From the NCBI GenBank assembly GCA_965644295.1, contig CBFFRP010000074.1, positions 1 through 64,000 of the forward strand: a stretch of 64,000 bases of DNA, in the 5' to 3' direction. Shown piece after piece: positions 1 through 11,900 of the stretch. The notes beneath the pieces were generated by a model that worked only from the letters and a program-made list of their open reading frames with translations, was not told the origin of the DNA and did not search any database. How positions within the stretch are numbered: position 1 is the first letter of the stretch; each line of letters begins with the position of its first letter. This DNA comes from Paraphysomonas bandaiensis. Lineage: Eukaryota; Protista; Chrysophyceae. A program made the translations under genes and the position numbers.

Positions 1-1051
1 GTTTCCAGCTGTTGCAATGAGCTGATGGGGGCGAAATTGGCTGTTGAGTAAACCCGCAGAATGGGGACCCTGTCGGATATGCAGACTGCGAGGATGGCAC
101 TGGGGGAGGCCATGCTGTGGGGCAGAGCAACACTGCCAGGGCTGCATCCCTGCACTGGAGTGTGTGTAGGCTCTATTTGAAATTTGTTATTGGGTGTTTG
201 TTGGGCGTCCATCCAAAGACCTGAATATGCAGGTGTTTGGTAGTTGTGGTGCATGGGACAATTTGTAGTTGTAGTGTGGTCACCGTGAGGTGGATGTGGT
301 CATGTTGACCGAGGTAGAGCTTGTAATAAGCAGTTTTCTTAAATGGTGCCTGTAGCTTCCTAGAGCTAGAGAATTATTAACGGTTGGAATGAGATTATAT
401 TGCCATGAAATGAGATCGCAATTTTTTTGGTGATTCGAATACTGCCATTTTTGAGTTTTTTGTAGTTCAAATTGGTGTTTTATATAAGTCTCGAAAATAC
501 TAGACTCCAGACTTGGGGATCTTGGGTTTTTGCGACTAAATCTAAAATTGGGGTTTTTTGGGTTTTTGGACTCGAAAACCGGCGGTTTTGGAGGAAAGAC
601 CTATTGAGGCGTATTTTAAGGCGTTTTGACTATAATCGATGTAGGATATGAATCGTATGTGGTGTAGTGCATGTGTGAGCATATTGTACGGTTGTGGTTG
701 CATTCAATGTCCTGTGTATGAGGAGGAGTCTTGTGACTAGGGGTCTGTCTTTTGTTTTGCTTGTAACTTTAGTTTTAATAATAATTCTCTATGAAATTAA
801 CATAGTTGGTTGACTGATCTGTCTATTGGGAGCTTTAGATTGCAGGATACAGGGGAGCTTGTGTTTCTGGCTGTTGGTTTCTTAAAGAGTTATTATTATA
901 GTTTTCTGTTTTGTTGTTTCGACAAACAACCATTTCACATATCTTTTCAGTGATCTTAGGTTGCAAGACCTGAGTTGTTTATAGTAAATTTACTCACGGT
1001 AAAACACGTAAGTGAAGATATCATTATTGTAGATTATAGATATATATCGAA

Positions 1052-2527
1052 ATGTCTGATTCGGAGGGTCCTGTTGGTTCATCTGAGTTAGATGAAGTTA
1101 AGGAAATGTTACGGGGAATTGCTCTCAATTTGGAGAACGTCACTAAGTTGTGTGTAGCAACTGCCAGTAGGGTAGATAATCTGGAGTCCAGAATGTCTAT
1201 TAATGAAGAAGTTTTAGTTAATGAGCTGGAGGAAGCTCAGAAGGAAGTAGATGAGGCCATCCGTGACCAGCGTGAAGAGCAGCAGGGACATACCAGAGAG
1301 AGTGACAGGGCTGCCTACGACAAAGGCAAGAAGAAAGAGCGAAGGACATCTGTATTCATGAGGGAGGCTGAGTCTTCAGAGGGAATGGAGGTTCCAAAGC
1401 ATGTCATCATCAATGTTGAAAAGCCATCCCATAAGCATATTTTTCTGGATTCGATGGAGCTTAGTGATTTTACAAAGTTTATCATCCAATGGTTTGAATA
1501 TGAACAGATCAATGGGATTAAGCTTGAGCCAGCCCAGATAGTTAGCAGGCGTGTTCGGAACCTGCTTATGTTCAACAATAGCTTGACGGATAAAATGTTT
1601 GTTAAGTTGAGTGCTCAGAAATTCTGTGAGCTGATGGCTAAGGAGACCAAGGTGTTGTCCAAAGTGGAGTTCATTGAGACTTTGCGATACGCGCTGAGAT
1701 ATTTTAAGCCACTGGATTGGAAATCAGTGCGGCCGAATACACATGAGCTGTTTTTTCAAGAGATTTTGAAGCGAAAGAGTATTTTTATGCGTACGTTTAC
1801 TATCATGATGGAGGCCAATAGTACTAAGTGTCCGCCGGTTGGAGGAAAAGAGTTTGGATCGGCTCAAGTATTTTTGGAGTTGATCGACGAGTCTTACAAC
1901 AAACGAGTTCTGGCTGAGATTCCAAGGGTGACGGATACTAATTATGGTAATGTTGAAGAGTTTCTGGATACATACGTTTCCAAGGCGAGTGAGCATTATG
2001 AGGCGTCCAAGAACATCAGATTGGTGCCTTATGAAGGGTCCGATTTCAGTAGGAAGCAAATTCAAAGGGGTTCGAGGAATCGGGACAATGGATACGTTGC
2101 AAAGGAGAAACCGAAATCTTTAAACAACGTGCAGTTTGCGGACCGAGTTGAGGATGATTTCTACAGTGATTTAGATGACAAGGAGGTTGACCCGATAGTT
2201 GTGGTCAAGGATGACGGGATGTCAGATGATGATTTCGAGAATGAGGTTGAGGAGATGTTGCTCGGCGAACCAGAGTCTGATAAGGAAGCTATAGAACAGG
2301 TGATGAACCTGGAGAAGACTGTTAATCCAACCCGTGGCTGCGTTGCGTATGCGTTGTATGGGAACTGCTACAAAGGGAAGGAATGTAAGCATGTCCAGGG
2401 TCATAATGGAGCAGTTGCAACGGAAACCCGGAAATGGATGATGAAAAAGCTGTCTCAGCTTTCTCATCAGAAAGATTACAAGACTCATCCACTGTTCCAA
2501 CGAACCACCTCTCTTAGTCGTTACTAA
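1052..2527 (+). mobile_element. gag-like ORF of a truncated LTR retroelement (probably Ty3/gypsy-type) with a C-terminal CCCH-like zinc finger
   Basis: Intronless 491-aa ORF with an N-terminal coiled coil, a helical core, an acidic linker and C-x8-C-x5-C-x5-H (CVAYALYGNCYKGKECKHVQGH). It aligns by eye to the convergent ORF 2222..3481. No pol follows, and the last ~14 codons read into the opposite element. Confidence 0.55.
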
Positions 2528-4021
2528 AGGTATACTCTCATCAAGTTTGTTCATCTTAGCAGCCTCCTCCAAGAAATCATACCGCTGATTGAACTTCGTT
2601 TCCAAAATACAAAGATCCTCATCAACTCGACGAAAATCCTCCAACTTGTCCATTGTTACTCTGTACGGCAAACACGACTCAAGCAACATCGAATTAAAAT
2701 CCATCATATCCAAAGGTCTGAACTGATACTTCGCTGCCTCAATAACTCGCGTTACACTTGCATCTATGCATTCCAAAGGTTCAGTATAATCATCAGGATA
2801 TAATTCCATCAACGTAAACCTAATCATTTCCTTAGCCCTGCCTTCCAACAATGTAAACACAGAAGGAATTGGTCCATTATCACGACATTTCTCAAACTCA
2901 GCAATTCGTTCCAAGAAAACCAAAAACCCATCTAAAGTAATTTCCGACAACCTTATCTCCAAGTATGAATCGTCTTCTTTGGTCAACGTAACTTTAGCCT
3001 TCGGTTGACGATCAATTTCACGAAGTGCTTCCTGAATAGTCTGACGTTTAGGTCTGACAGGTGGTCGCTCCTCTTCACTCCTGAGAGCTTGAGTAGCATT
3101 CAATACACCCTCACGCACAGCATTCTCTATACGCGTATGCAACAACTCAGGGTCAATATACTGCTGCTCACGTCGCTCAATAGTTGCAGCTACAGGCTGT
3201 TCACCATTCCCATGACCATCTAATGTAGACTCTTCAAACGGTATCTCCGAAAGCTGATCAACTTGTATAATTTCTGAATTAGCTCTCGATGACCTTCCAG
3301 ATCTCCTCTGATTGATCTCCTCAAGACTCCGTTGAACATGCTCATTGAACGCCTGTTGCTGATGAAAACGCTGCTCCATATCACCGAAACGTTGTTCTAT
3401 ACCACCGAAACGCTGCTCCATATACTGCATCAGGTCTTCCAGAGTAAGCTCTGTCTTCGCATCTCCTTCTGCAGGCTCCATGACTCTTCAAACAGTTCAA
3501 AGGGCTCAATAACACAATGAATGTATAATGTATTGTTCTTATCAACAGAGTAATATTACTGTAGTTGTTCTTAAGAACAACGTATGCTCAAGCAAAAACA
3601 ACACTGATCTATAACGTTTTAAAAAGATTTTAAGTGCACGCCAGCGGGCTGCTACACTGTTAAGCTCACCAGCGGGTGATGCTCCTCAACTCAGACGCAA
3701 ACCGCGAAAGAATTTAAATAAATCGTTATTTAAAACGTGTAATAGAAAAGTGAGTAACACTGCTATACAACTCTACAGTAACACACACATACAACATCAT
3801 GTTCAGCATTTCACTTCAGCACACAACACACCAGATCAGAAGTATTTTATCCGGTACGTATGTACAGCTTCAACACTCCGTGTATACACTGAAAAAGTAG
3901 AAACTGAATATGTAACTGAAAACTGAAAATACGAAAACACTCTGTACGTGTTAGAGAGTACAACAGAAGAGTAACATATAATACTACTACCAACGCAGAA
4001 AATAACCAGTACTGCGTTACA
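2480..4021 (-). mobile_element. truncated LTR retroelement: putative 5' LTR (3738..4021), leader and gag-like ORF starting at 3481
   Basis: On the minus strand it begins TGTAAC at 4021, exactly where the copia gag homology breaks (EKDMLP|CNAV). A matching TTACA lies at 3738..3742. Its gag is homologous to 1052..2527 (EIRLSEITLDGFLVFLERIAEFE vs HIFLDSMELSDFTKFIIQWFEYE; IPLVTTKRGGSLEQWMSL vs CPPVGGKEFGSAQVFLEL). Confidence 0.55.
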
Positions 4022-4649
4022 CGGGAGCATATCCTTTTCCCGGAAGTACTGATCCACGATCTCAAGGGCTTCAGCGACTGGTTGAACAGCTTCAAATATC
4101 GAACTGATGCACGTGTCTTTCCTCTCCAGCCACTTGTCCAGATCCTCCTTGTACTTATTTCGGACTGTCACTGGCGCATTATTTGCTGGTCTTACTGGAC
4201 GGTCCTCTAGACCCAGATGGTTCCTGTTCTTCCTCATCAACCACACTTTCAGATTCTTTGACCAATTCACTACACCGAACTGATCAAATTTAGGAAGAAG
4301 TTTCCACTCCGAACTACTGTCTGCTACCATGTTAGAAATAGACATTTTTAGTAATAAGACCTTTGTTAACACTTATATGGAATATTATATAATTATAAGA
4401 GATACCATACTTCATTCATTGACGTTCACCAACTCTTTCTATCTCTACTACACCAACCATTTCTAGTACGATCTTACATCGTCACTATCTTGTACAGTCA
4501 GTATATTTCAGTTTTATCACTACAATGGCTATCATATTATTGGTTCTCATACTACAGCTAGCTACTACTGTATTCTTTGAGTAACGGATATAATTCTAAT
4601 ATCTTGGAAACTACAGCTTTTAATTGCTCACAAACAGCAAAACTCAACA
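4022..4649 (-). mobile_element. truncated Ty1/copia element: 5' LTR (4330..4649), primer-binding site (PBS) and gag N-terminus
   Basis: The LTR reads TGTTGAG...CTAACA on the minus strand and is followed directly by TGGTAGCAGA (tRNA-iMet-type PBS). Gag (MVADSS...LMRKNRNHLGLED...WLERKDTC) is clearly homologous to the full copia gag (LMKKNRNHLGLED...WRERNDTC). The element is interrupted at 4021/4022. Confidence 0.8.
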
Positions 4650-6366
4650 AGATTAACACCGTTTTTTCGCTACAGCAGTCACTGCTTGCAGCAGTTCTCT
4701 GATCATTAGGCTCCAGCCAGATTTCAATTGAAATGTTTTGTGATATAATTGCCTAGTATTGTCTACCTCTGCTGTATAGGGCCAGAATGTTACGACCAAT
4801 AAAGCGCGACAACTGGTATGATAAAACACGATCATAGTCCGCAATGATATTACATATAGATACCTACTATGGTCTATGGTGTACTTGTTCATTGTATTTT
4901 CTTGGTGAAATTATTTACTCAGATCATGATATACTAAACTAATAACGCATATAGTAAGGCTTTGTATAAACGTTATTTGAATATTTTCATGCATGCGACG
5001 TATAATAGGTGACAACCAATGATATGAAATTCAATGTTCTATACTCTATAGCAATACATATTATTCTTATTACTTAGTTGTGAAAAGCACTTCTACATAC
5101 TAAGTACTATTTTAAATCTGTGTCACAACAGCACATAAACATGTACACATTCACGCATACATATTATCCATCATATATCGATGACGCACTTCAATCTTTA
5201 ATCCATCTCCTACGATGCACAACTAATATTTTTATTCTTCTCTAGTCACTGATAAACACGGCGAATAATATGCAATCTATTTCCTGTCTTACCCAAAAGC
5301 ATACAAAGTGTTAAGTACAGTCAACTCCAACTACATCTCCATAACGATGAAGTCCAAGTGATAACGATGAAAGCTTGCATTGGAAATTTGCTCTACCGGC
5401 CACATCAGAAAAAGAACGCTTAGTATTAACACTAGGAGCAATATGCATTGCATGGGTCTGTTCTATTGGTTTCAGAACTGGGTAGACAGGGCTACTATCC
5501 GAAACTGACGCCGTCACAAGACTGCGCTCCCTTTTAATGAATGAGTTATTCGCTTTGATAACTCCTACATATCCTCCTAATTCCAACATTACTGTGCAAG
5601 ATATTGCTCTATACTCCTCTCCGTTTCTGTCATACTTCGGGTTGCAGGTAATGCGTTTGATTTGAATGTCAGAGAGAACCTCGGCTGAGAAAACCCCAAT
5701 CACCCCTTCTGATAGCTGTGAATCAAAACTGAGGTGGGACTATTTCGAATCGTACCTTTACTTGGAAGATTAGATGAGTTTCGGCACAAGAAATCTACCC
5801 AGTATACCGTCCTAGTCTGCTCAGTCTAGCATCAGTGCCAACCTCCACATCAGCATCCCCCTTAACTCCTGCTTTCTCAGCTATGACCTGAACAACACAC
5901 TCTTTGGGTCCAGTAATCTCCAGCAGCTTAATCACATGATCTCAATACAACACAACTATGCAAGATATCCGTATTCAACAACTCTGTGCGTATCCTAGAA
6001 TAGAGCATAGAGTACGAAGTAGTTGAAGAATTGTTAGAAATCCTACATTTTCTTGGAAAAGGGGTTTTTATATATATAAAAAACTAATATTAGGCAGCTA
6101 GAAGCAATACTATGTACAAAGTACTCTGTATATACTTTGTGTGGGTACAGTCAGTATACGTATTGGTTGTGATATGTATCATATTGGCTTCGAATGTTCT
6201 GAGATCATGAATCACCTACACAATTTTCATATATATATATATACGAGAGTCCAGTATATACACTTTGAACGAATCCTTTACACTTCACTTTGAAGTTCAA
6301 GTATTTACTCTTTAAACGAATCATTTATTTACACTTCATTTCATTTGACTTCTATTTTATTATTCA

Positions 6367-7611
6367 ATGTATCTCACTCGTATAACAGTTGCTGTGTATG
6401 TATATGGATTCATAGGAACTTCAGCTCAATATATATGGAAAAAAACACATCAGTCCAACGATCCATGGATAGTTCAAGATACTCAGTATGATACAGAGAC
6501 AGAGTCATTGTCACCATGTTGTCACAAAGAAATAGTTGATGAGAAACAAGTAGTTGTATGTGCATGTCCAGATGAGTTTTGTTGCAATGGGCTCTGCTGT
6601 ACCTCTAAATGCAATGCACAAAATCTGTGCTGTGATGGGGAAGATTGCAAAGCTGACCTCCACATGCATATGCTCTACTCCAATAATTATGTTCCGGTTG
6701 GTGTGAATCGACAGCAATGTATGATTCGTATATGTGAGCCTGGAATTGATTCTGTTGTATGTGAGCGTTTGTCAACATGTAGAGACAGTTTACACTGTAA
6801 ACATGATAGTGGAAATGGAAGCGATGATACTTACTGTTGCAGGGATGAAGCAGACGTGGTATGCAATGGCAATTGTTGTGCTGGAACGTGTTGTGAAAAT
6901 GGGTGCTGTGCTTCGATCTGCTGCGGTGGGCAGTGCTGTGCAAGCGATGAGGTATGCTGTGGTTCCACCTGCTGCAAGGCGCGCAATTGTTACGGCAATC
7001 ATACTTGTTGTCCAAGTGATTTTAAGTACTGCGGGAATCAGAAATGTTCTCAAAAGTGTGATTCTTTGGTACTCTGTAAAGACCCATTCTCCATTGGCGA
7101 GTGCGACTTGAATTCTAACGAATTTGACGACACACTCTCTTCTTCTGTCGACCCGGAAATGACGTACAAATTTTTTAACGTCATTTATCGCACGCTTCGC
7201 AGTGACGAGGAGCCCGATAAATACTTAAGGCCAACTGATCCTACAAGCACACTTACAGCGGAGTCGTTCATTACATACGGGCAGCAGAGTTCACAGTATG
7301 TTTCATTTACAACCAACCGTAAAGTTGCATGTCAGTATGCACTTACATATAGGTCTAAGGGTCTTCGCATAGCCGAGATAGATGCTAATTGTGCAAGATC
7401 TATTTGCTCGCATGTTGATTACTACGGCGAAGGATCTCAACTCGGGGTATCTTTGAGCATGCCAGCACAGTGGTATGCAGCTTCGAGCAGCCTAGTGCTG
7501 GTTTCGTCTTGCAAAAACGACATTCTACCTGAAAAGTGTGTCAACAAAGTCGTAGATACTACTGAATTGTCAAAATATTGTGCCTTGTATGCTGTCAATG
7601 ATGAATTGTAA
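6367..7611 (+). CDS. secreted Cys-rich repeat protein with a C-terminal ADP-ribosyltransferase-like (R-S-E clade) domain
   Basis: Signal-peptide-like N-terminus (..VYVYGFIGTSA|Q) and ~200 aa of CC-x-CC repeats. These are followed by VIYRTLRSDE...SQYVSFTT...RIAEID...YAASSSLVLV, which matches the YR / S-x-S/T / E-strand layout of toxin-type ARTs. Confidence 0.6.
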   Translation: MYLTRITVAVYVYGFIGTSAQYIWKKTHQSNDPWIVQDTQYDTETESLSPCCHKEIVDEKQVVVCACPDEFCCNGLCCTSKCNAQNLCCDGEDCKADLHMHMLYSNNYVPVGVNRQQCMIRICEPGIDSVVCERLSTCRDSLHCKHDSGNGSDDTYCCRDEADVVCNGNCCAGTCCENGCCASICCGGQCCASDEVCCGSTCCKARNCYGNHTCCPSDFKYCGNQKCSQKCDSLVLCKDPFSIGECDLNSNEFDDTLSSSVDPEMTYKFFNVIYRTLRSDEEPDKYLRPTDPTSTLTAESFITYGQQSSQYVSFTTNRKVACQYALTYRSKGLRIAEIDANCARSICSHVDYYGEGSQLGVSLSMPAQWYAASSSLVLVSSCKNDILPEKCVNKVVDTTELSKYCALYAVNDEL

Positions 7612-7952
7612 ATTATTTTAACTTGTTTTATATTCCCAAGTCAGATTTGAATTGTGATATATGATCTGTGTGTACCTGTTTTTTTTCTTCATTAGGATTG
7701 CAAGTTGTGTACTTCATTACATTTTAATGAAAACTCGGATTCTTTTGATAGTCATTACCTTTGCAACGCACCTCAAAACGTATTTAATAACTACTACTAT
7801 TCATTCATTCACAGATACAACTCAGCGCTTGAATACAACAAGATAATGCAAAGCAATTACCAGACTATGTAAGATATATAATTGTCTAATACTCTATTAA
7901 ATCGTGTATTGCTATTGTACTATTGGGCTTTATTCTTCATGCGAAGTTTATT

Positions 7953-8285
7953 CCCTCAACAGAGTCATATAAATAGTCAGCAGGTATTGTTCAGAACACT
8001 CATAGCCTAATGCTTGTGTATTGTGTGGTATAAGGGACACTGATTAGTATTTGGGCCTTGACGAGTATTGGGCTGCCTACTGAAGTCAAGCATCCGGCAT
8101 GCGGCATGTTCATCTTAACGACAGAGAGTTAAAGTGGTTGCACCTTGGTACTTTTGGTGACGCACAAGTAACTTTCGTAACGCTAAATAGTAGGATATCA
8201 GAGTTAAGGACTTGTTTTCTAAATTGCTTTTTGCTACATTAGTTCTGACTCGTACACACGCCTATTGCTAATAATCGGACATTTA
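7953..8285 (+). mobile_element. non-autonomous SINE-like retroposon copy (internally deleted)
   Basis: Starts CCCTCAACA and shares ATAGTCAGCAG, CTCATAGCC, GTATTGGGCTGCC, GTGGTTGCACCTTGG, AAATAGTAGGATA and CGCCTATTGCTAATAATC with the copies at 36189..36702 and 50199..50560. Confidence 0.8.
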
Positions 8286-8533
8286 GTACTAAACGCCAAG
8301 GTGCAACCATCTTCGCTCCAGCATTCAAAGCGAGCGCAGTTAGAAAAAGTAGAATATTGATCTGACATCTGCTGACTTCAGGTGTTTTGAGACCTCAAGG
8401 TGAACAGCCCGGATGCCTGCTTATTCATCAAGGCCCAAAGAATTCACACAAGTGACACTAATTAGTGTTCCTTGTACCACACAATCACACAAGCATTAGG
8501 CTATGAGTGGGCAGCAGAACAATATCTGCAGTC

Positions 8534-8826
8534 TAACAGAAGTTGACATTATTTGCTAAGGTTTACTATTCTCAACTGATAAGATGAAATTATAATCATT
8601 ACATGATAAAGAACCTAAGTTGTGTTCGATGTGTTCAACACCATTCATTTACTACTATAGTGTACAAACCACACACTCAGTGATCGTATCCTGTATAGTC
8701 ATCCACTTCTACTTCAGTTTCATACTACATAATATAATGTACTAATTACATATATATCTTTCGATCCTTGCATCTCACATAATACTGCACTCAATTGCAA
8801 GTATATAGAATCTTCAGATCTCAACA
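8534..8826 (-). repeat. 3' LTR of the copia element
   Basis: Base-for-base match to 13534..13826; preceded on the minus strand by the polypurine tract. Confidence 0.97.
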
Positions 8827-8951
8827 CTCCCCCTCAATTGAGTGTTGTACTATGACGCCTCCCAGCTATTGAATGCCTGAGATAAAAAAAATTCTTGACA
8901 GTAAAATAGACTCATCTCTAAGTCTAAACCTCTGTCTAAAAAACTCAGTAC

Positions 8952-11900
8952 CTACTTGCGCCTTCTTTTATCCCTTGGTCCCTCATTAATCACTTCAGTG
9001 GAACTCTTAACTTTCTCTCCAAGATTTCTCTTTCTCTGCTCCATATATGATAAACCAACCAATGACTTTGTATAAATATCTGCTGCTTGTTGCGATGTAT
9101 GCACATGCACTAACTTAATCGTATTGAACTGATTGGGATCCACGTGCTCTCTCACCATGTGATACTTAATCTCAATGTGCTTCGACTTCTTGTGAAACAC
9201 TGGGTTTTCGGCCAAATCCTGGGCACTCTGACTGTCGATGAAGAATGGTGTGGGTTTGATGAGCCTCAACTTAATCTCACCCGTCACCCCCCGAACCCAT
9301 AGCACTTCTTGGAGACCCGAGTAAATACACTGATACTCAGACTGCATGCTTGACGTTGCCACTGTCGTCTGCAGTTTGGACTGCCAGACTATAGGCCCTC
9401 CCGCTGCAAACCCAACGTACCCCGACGTGGACTTCCTGGAGAGCTGATCTCCCGCCCAATCCGCGTCAGTAAACATATGGAAGTCGAACCGTCTACTCCC
9501 ATATTGAATCCCTTTGTCAATAGACCCACGAATATATTGCCATACATGTGTTAATAGCTTGCATACTTCAATATTCACCTTATTACTGAACCGAGACAGT
9601 ACTCCCACTGCATAGGCAATATCCGGCCTCGTGTTCATCGATAGATATAGTAATGCACCTATCAGCGGCCGATATGGGAAGTTATCTACTATAAGCTGTT
9701 CCTCCTCGGTATGCTCATGCCGCGCCCCTTTTGCCACTAAATCCATTGCTTCCGCCGGTAGAGGACTCTTCCGTACCTTTCGCGGTGGCCCAAGATACTT
9801 TTCAAACTTTTCTAAGATCTTAGCCGCATATACTGATTGGTCAAGACGAATATACTCTGGCGTTCTTGTGACTCGAACATTCAGAAAATGTTCCATCTCG
9901 CCCATATCCTTCATATCAAACCGGGCACACAGTTGAGCTTTAATATCCTTCACTATGTTGACATCACGACCTAACACTAGGATATCATCCACATATATCG
10001 TTAATAATATCAATTCATCGCCCTTATACTGATAATACAAACACGGGTCTAATACACATGGTTTAAAATGCATAGATCGTATGAATTTATCCAATGTTTT
10101 CCACCACGACCGCGGGGAACTCCGAAGCCCGTATAACGACTTCTTCAACTTAAAGCAGTACCCCTCAGGCAGCTGAAAGTCCGGAGTTGCCTTCATATAT
10201 ACATCCCCCTCTATATCTGCATATAGAAATGCGTTAGACACATCCAGTTGATGAATTACCATGTTCATCACGAAAGCTATGGCGATTAACAGTCGCACTG
10301 TTACCCCCTTAACAACGGGTGCGAAATGGTTCGCCCAACCACTCGACTGCTGTCCACAACCGATTGCTACAAGACGAGCCTTATATCGGCGGACCTCTCC
10401 CTCCTTATCGTACTTCTTTCCATAGACGTACTTGGAGTGCAGTGGGACGACTCCGTCCGGTATACGAGTCACCTCCATGGTATCTCGCTTCGCCAAACCC
10501 TCTCGCTCTACACGGCGAGCTCGTCTCCACTCCCTGTGCTCGGCACTCTCCAAGGACTCACGATGTGTCTGAGGCACTGTCGACTCTTCCGCTGACATCC
10601 ACACTGAGTCTGCCTCCTGTAAAAGGTCACTCACATCACTCTCATCACTCAAATGATGGATTTGTCCTAACACCGACACATTCGTTACCGTCCTTGGAGT
10701 TCTTGCGCGTTTGCCGTGCGGATGATTCTCGGCAGGGGTCCCTTCCCCCGAAGGTAATGCTGAGTCAGCCTGGGGCTGCACCTGCCCACTTTCCGACTGC
10801 TGTGGCACCACTCCGCTGATACCGCCGTCACGGTTGTCAGTAACTCTGGCCCTAACCACCCTCTGCGCAAGATCCTCTGTCATCTTCTTGATGTCAGCAA
10901 TATGAATAGGAGTTTTATCCTCCACTTGAACCTGGTTACCAGTAACCAACGACCGGTATCCCACAATAAGTCCCTTCCTTATCACCACTCTGTTAGTCTT
11001 GTATAGCAGACCACCATCCTCATGGTGCTTTCCGATAAGATACTCAAACTCACCCGGTTGACGAGCCTCGGGATCTATAGCCACTTGAGCCTCCTCCAGC
11101 TCTCTATAATAATCCTGAGACCTCTCAGGTACCGATTCATCAAATAATACATGTACAGAGTGTACTACGGTGTCCCCCACTAGCACCTTGTATCCTTTTC
11201 GATCAGCTGGATACCCTATGAAATAACCTGTCATTGCTTTGTCCTCCCAGTCCTTCCTCCTGTCGGCCTTGGGTGTTAGCACATATGCTTTGCACCCCCA
11301 TTTCCGTAGCCACGATAGGCTGGGAACGCTCCCCCTGGGACACACTCATATGGAGACATCCATCCTTGCCACGTCCGAGTTGGCATTCGTCGCACAATGT
11401 AACATGCAGTTTGATAAGCATCAAACCAGTACGACTTTGGAAGTCCAGATGCCGTCAACATCGTCAGTGTCATCTCCCCAATTGTTCGGAATTTCCTCTC
11501 AGACACCGCGTTGAGCTCTGGCGTGTCTCGTGTTGTATGTGACACCCGAGTCCCATATCGCTGCAACAGATACTCTCTTATTTGCTGACTAATAAGTTCG
11601 GATCCTCCATCGGCATGATACTCCACTATACGGTTCCACCCCTCGTACTTCACTAAGTGGACCTCGCACAAGTGTCGTAGACATTTGAACACCTCCTCTC
11701 CGCTTCGAGTCCTCAATCCATATTCCCATATCATCTTTGTTGCTAAGTCCGTAAATAGGAGCACGTACTTATACCCTTGTCTGGATTCACAATTGAGATA
11801 GACGGAGATGTCCGCTGTTACTCTTTCCAGGAACCTGACTGCGCTTAGCTCTTCGTTGTCCCGTGATTTGAACGAATGCCTGGTTATCTTCGCCTTGGCA

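Noticed and set aside
1-303. Minus-strand Pro/His-rich ORF running off the window edge
   Set aside because: Incomplete, reading frame ambiguous, and no domain evidence.
2222-2527. Functional antisense gene overlap
   Set aside because: Mutual homology stops near 2480; the overlap is read-through across a rearrangement junction.
3836-4372. 178-aa membrane protein
   Set aside because: It is a chimera of copia gag and AT-rich LTR sequence of the nested element.
5311-5960. Possible gene or pseudogene (130-aa ORF plus upstream fragments)
   Set aside because: Coding-like composition, but no ATG-anchored model or recognisable motif.
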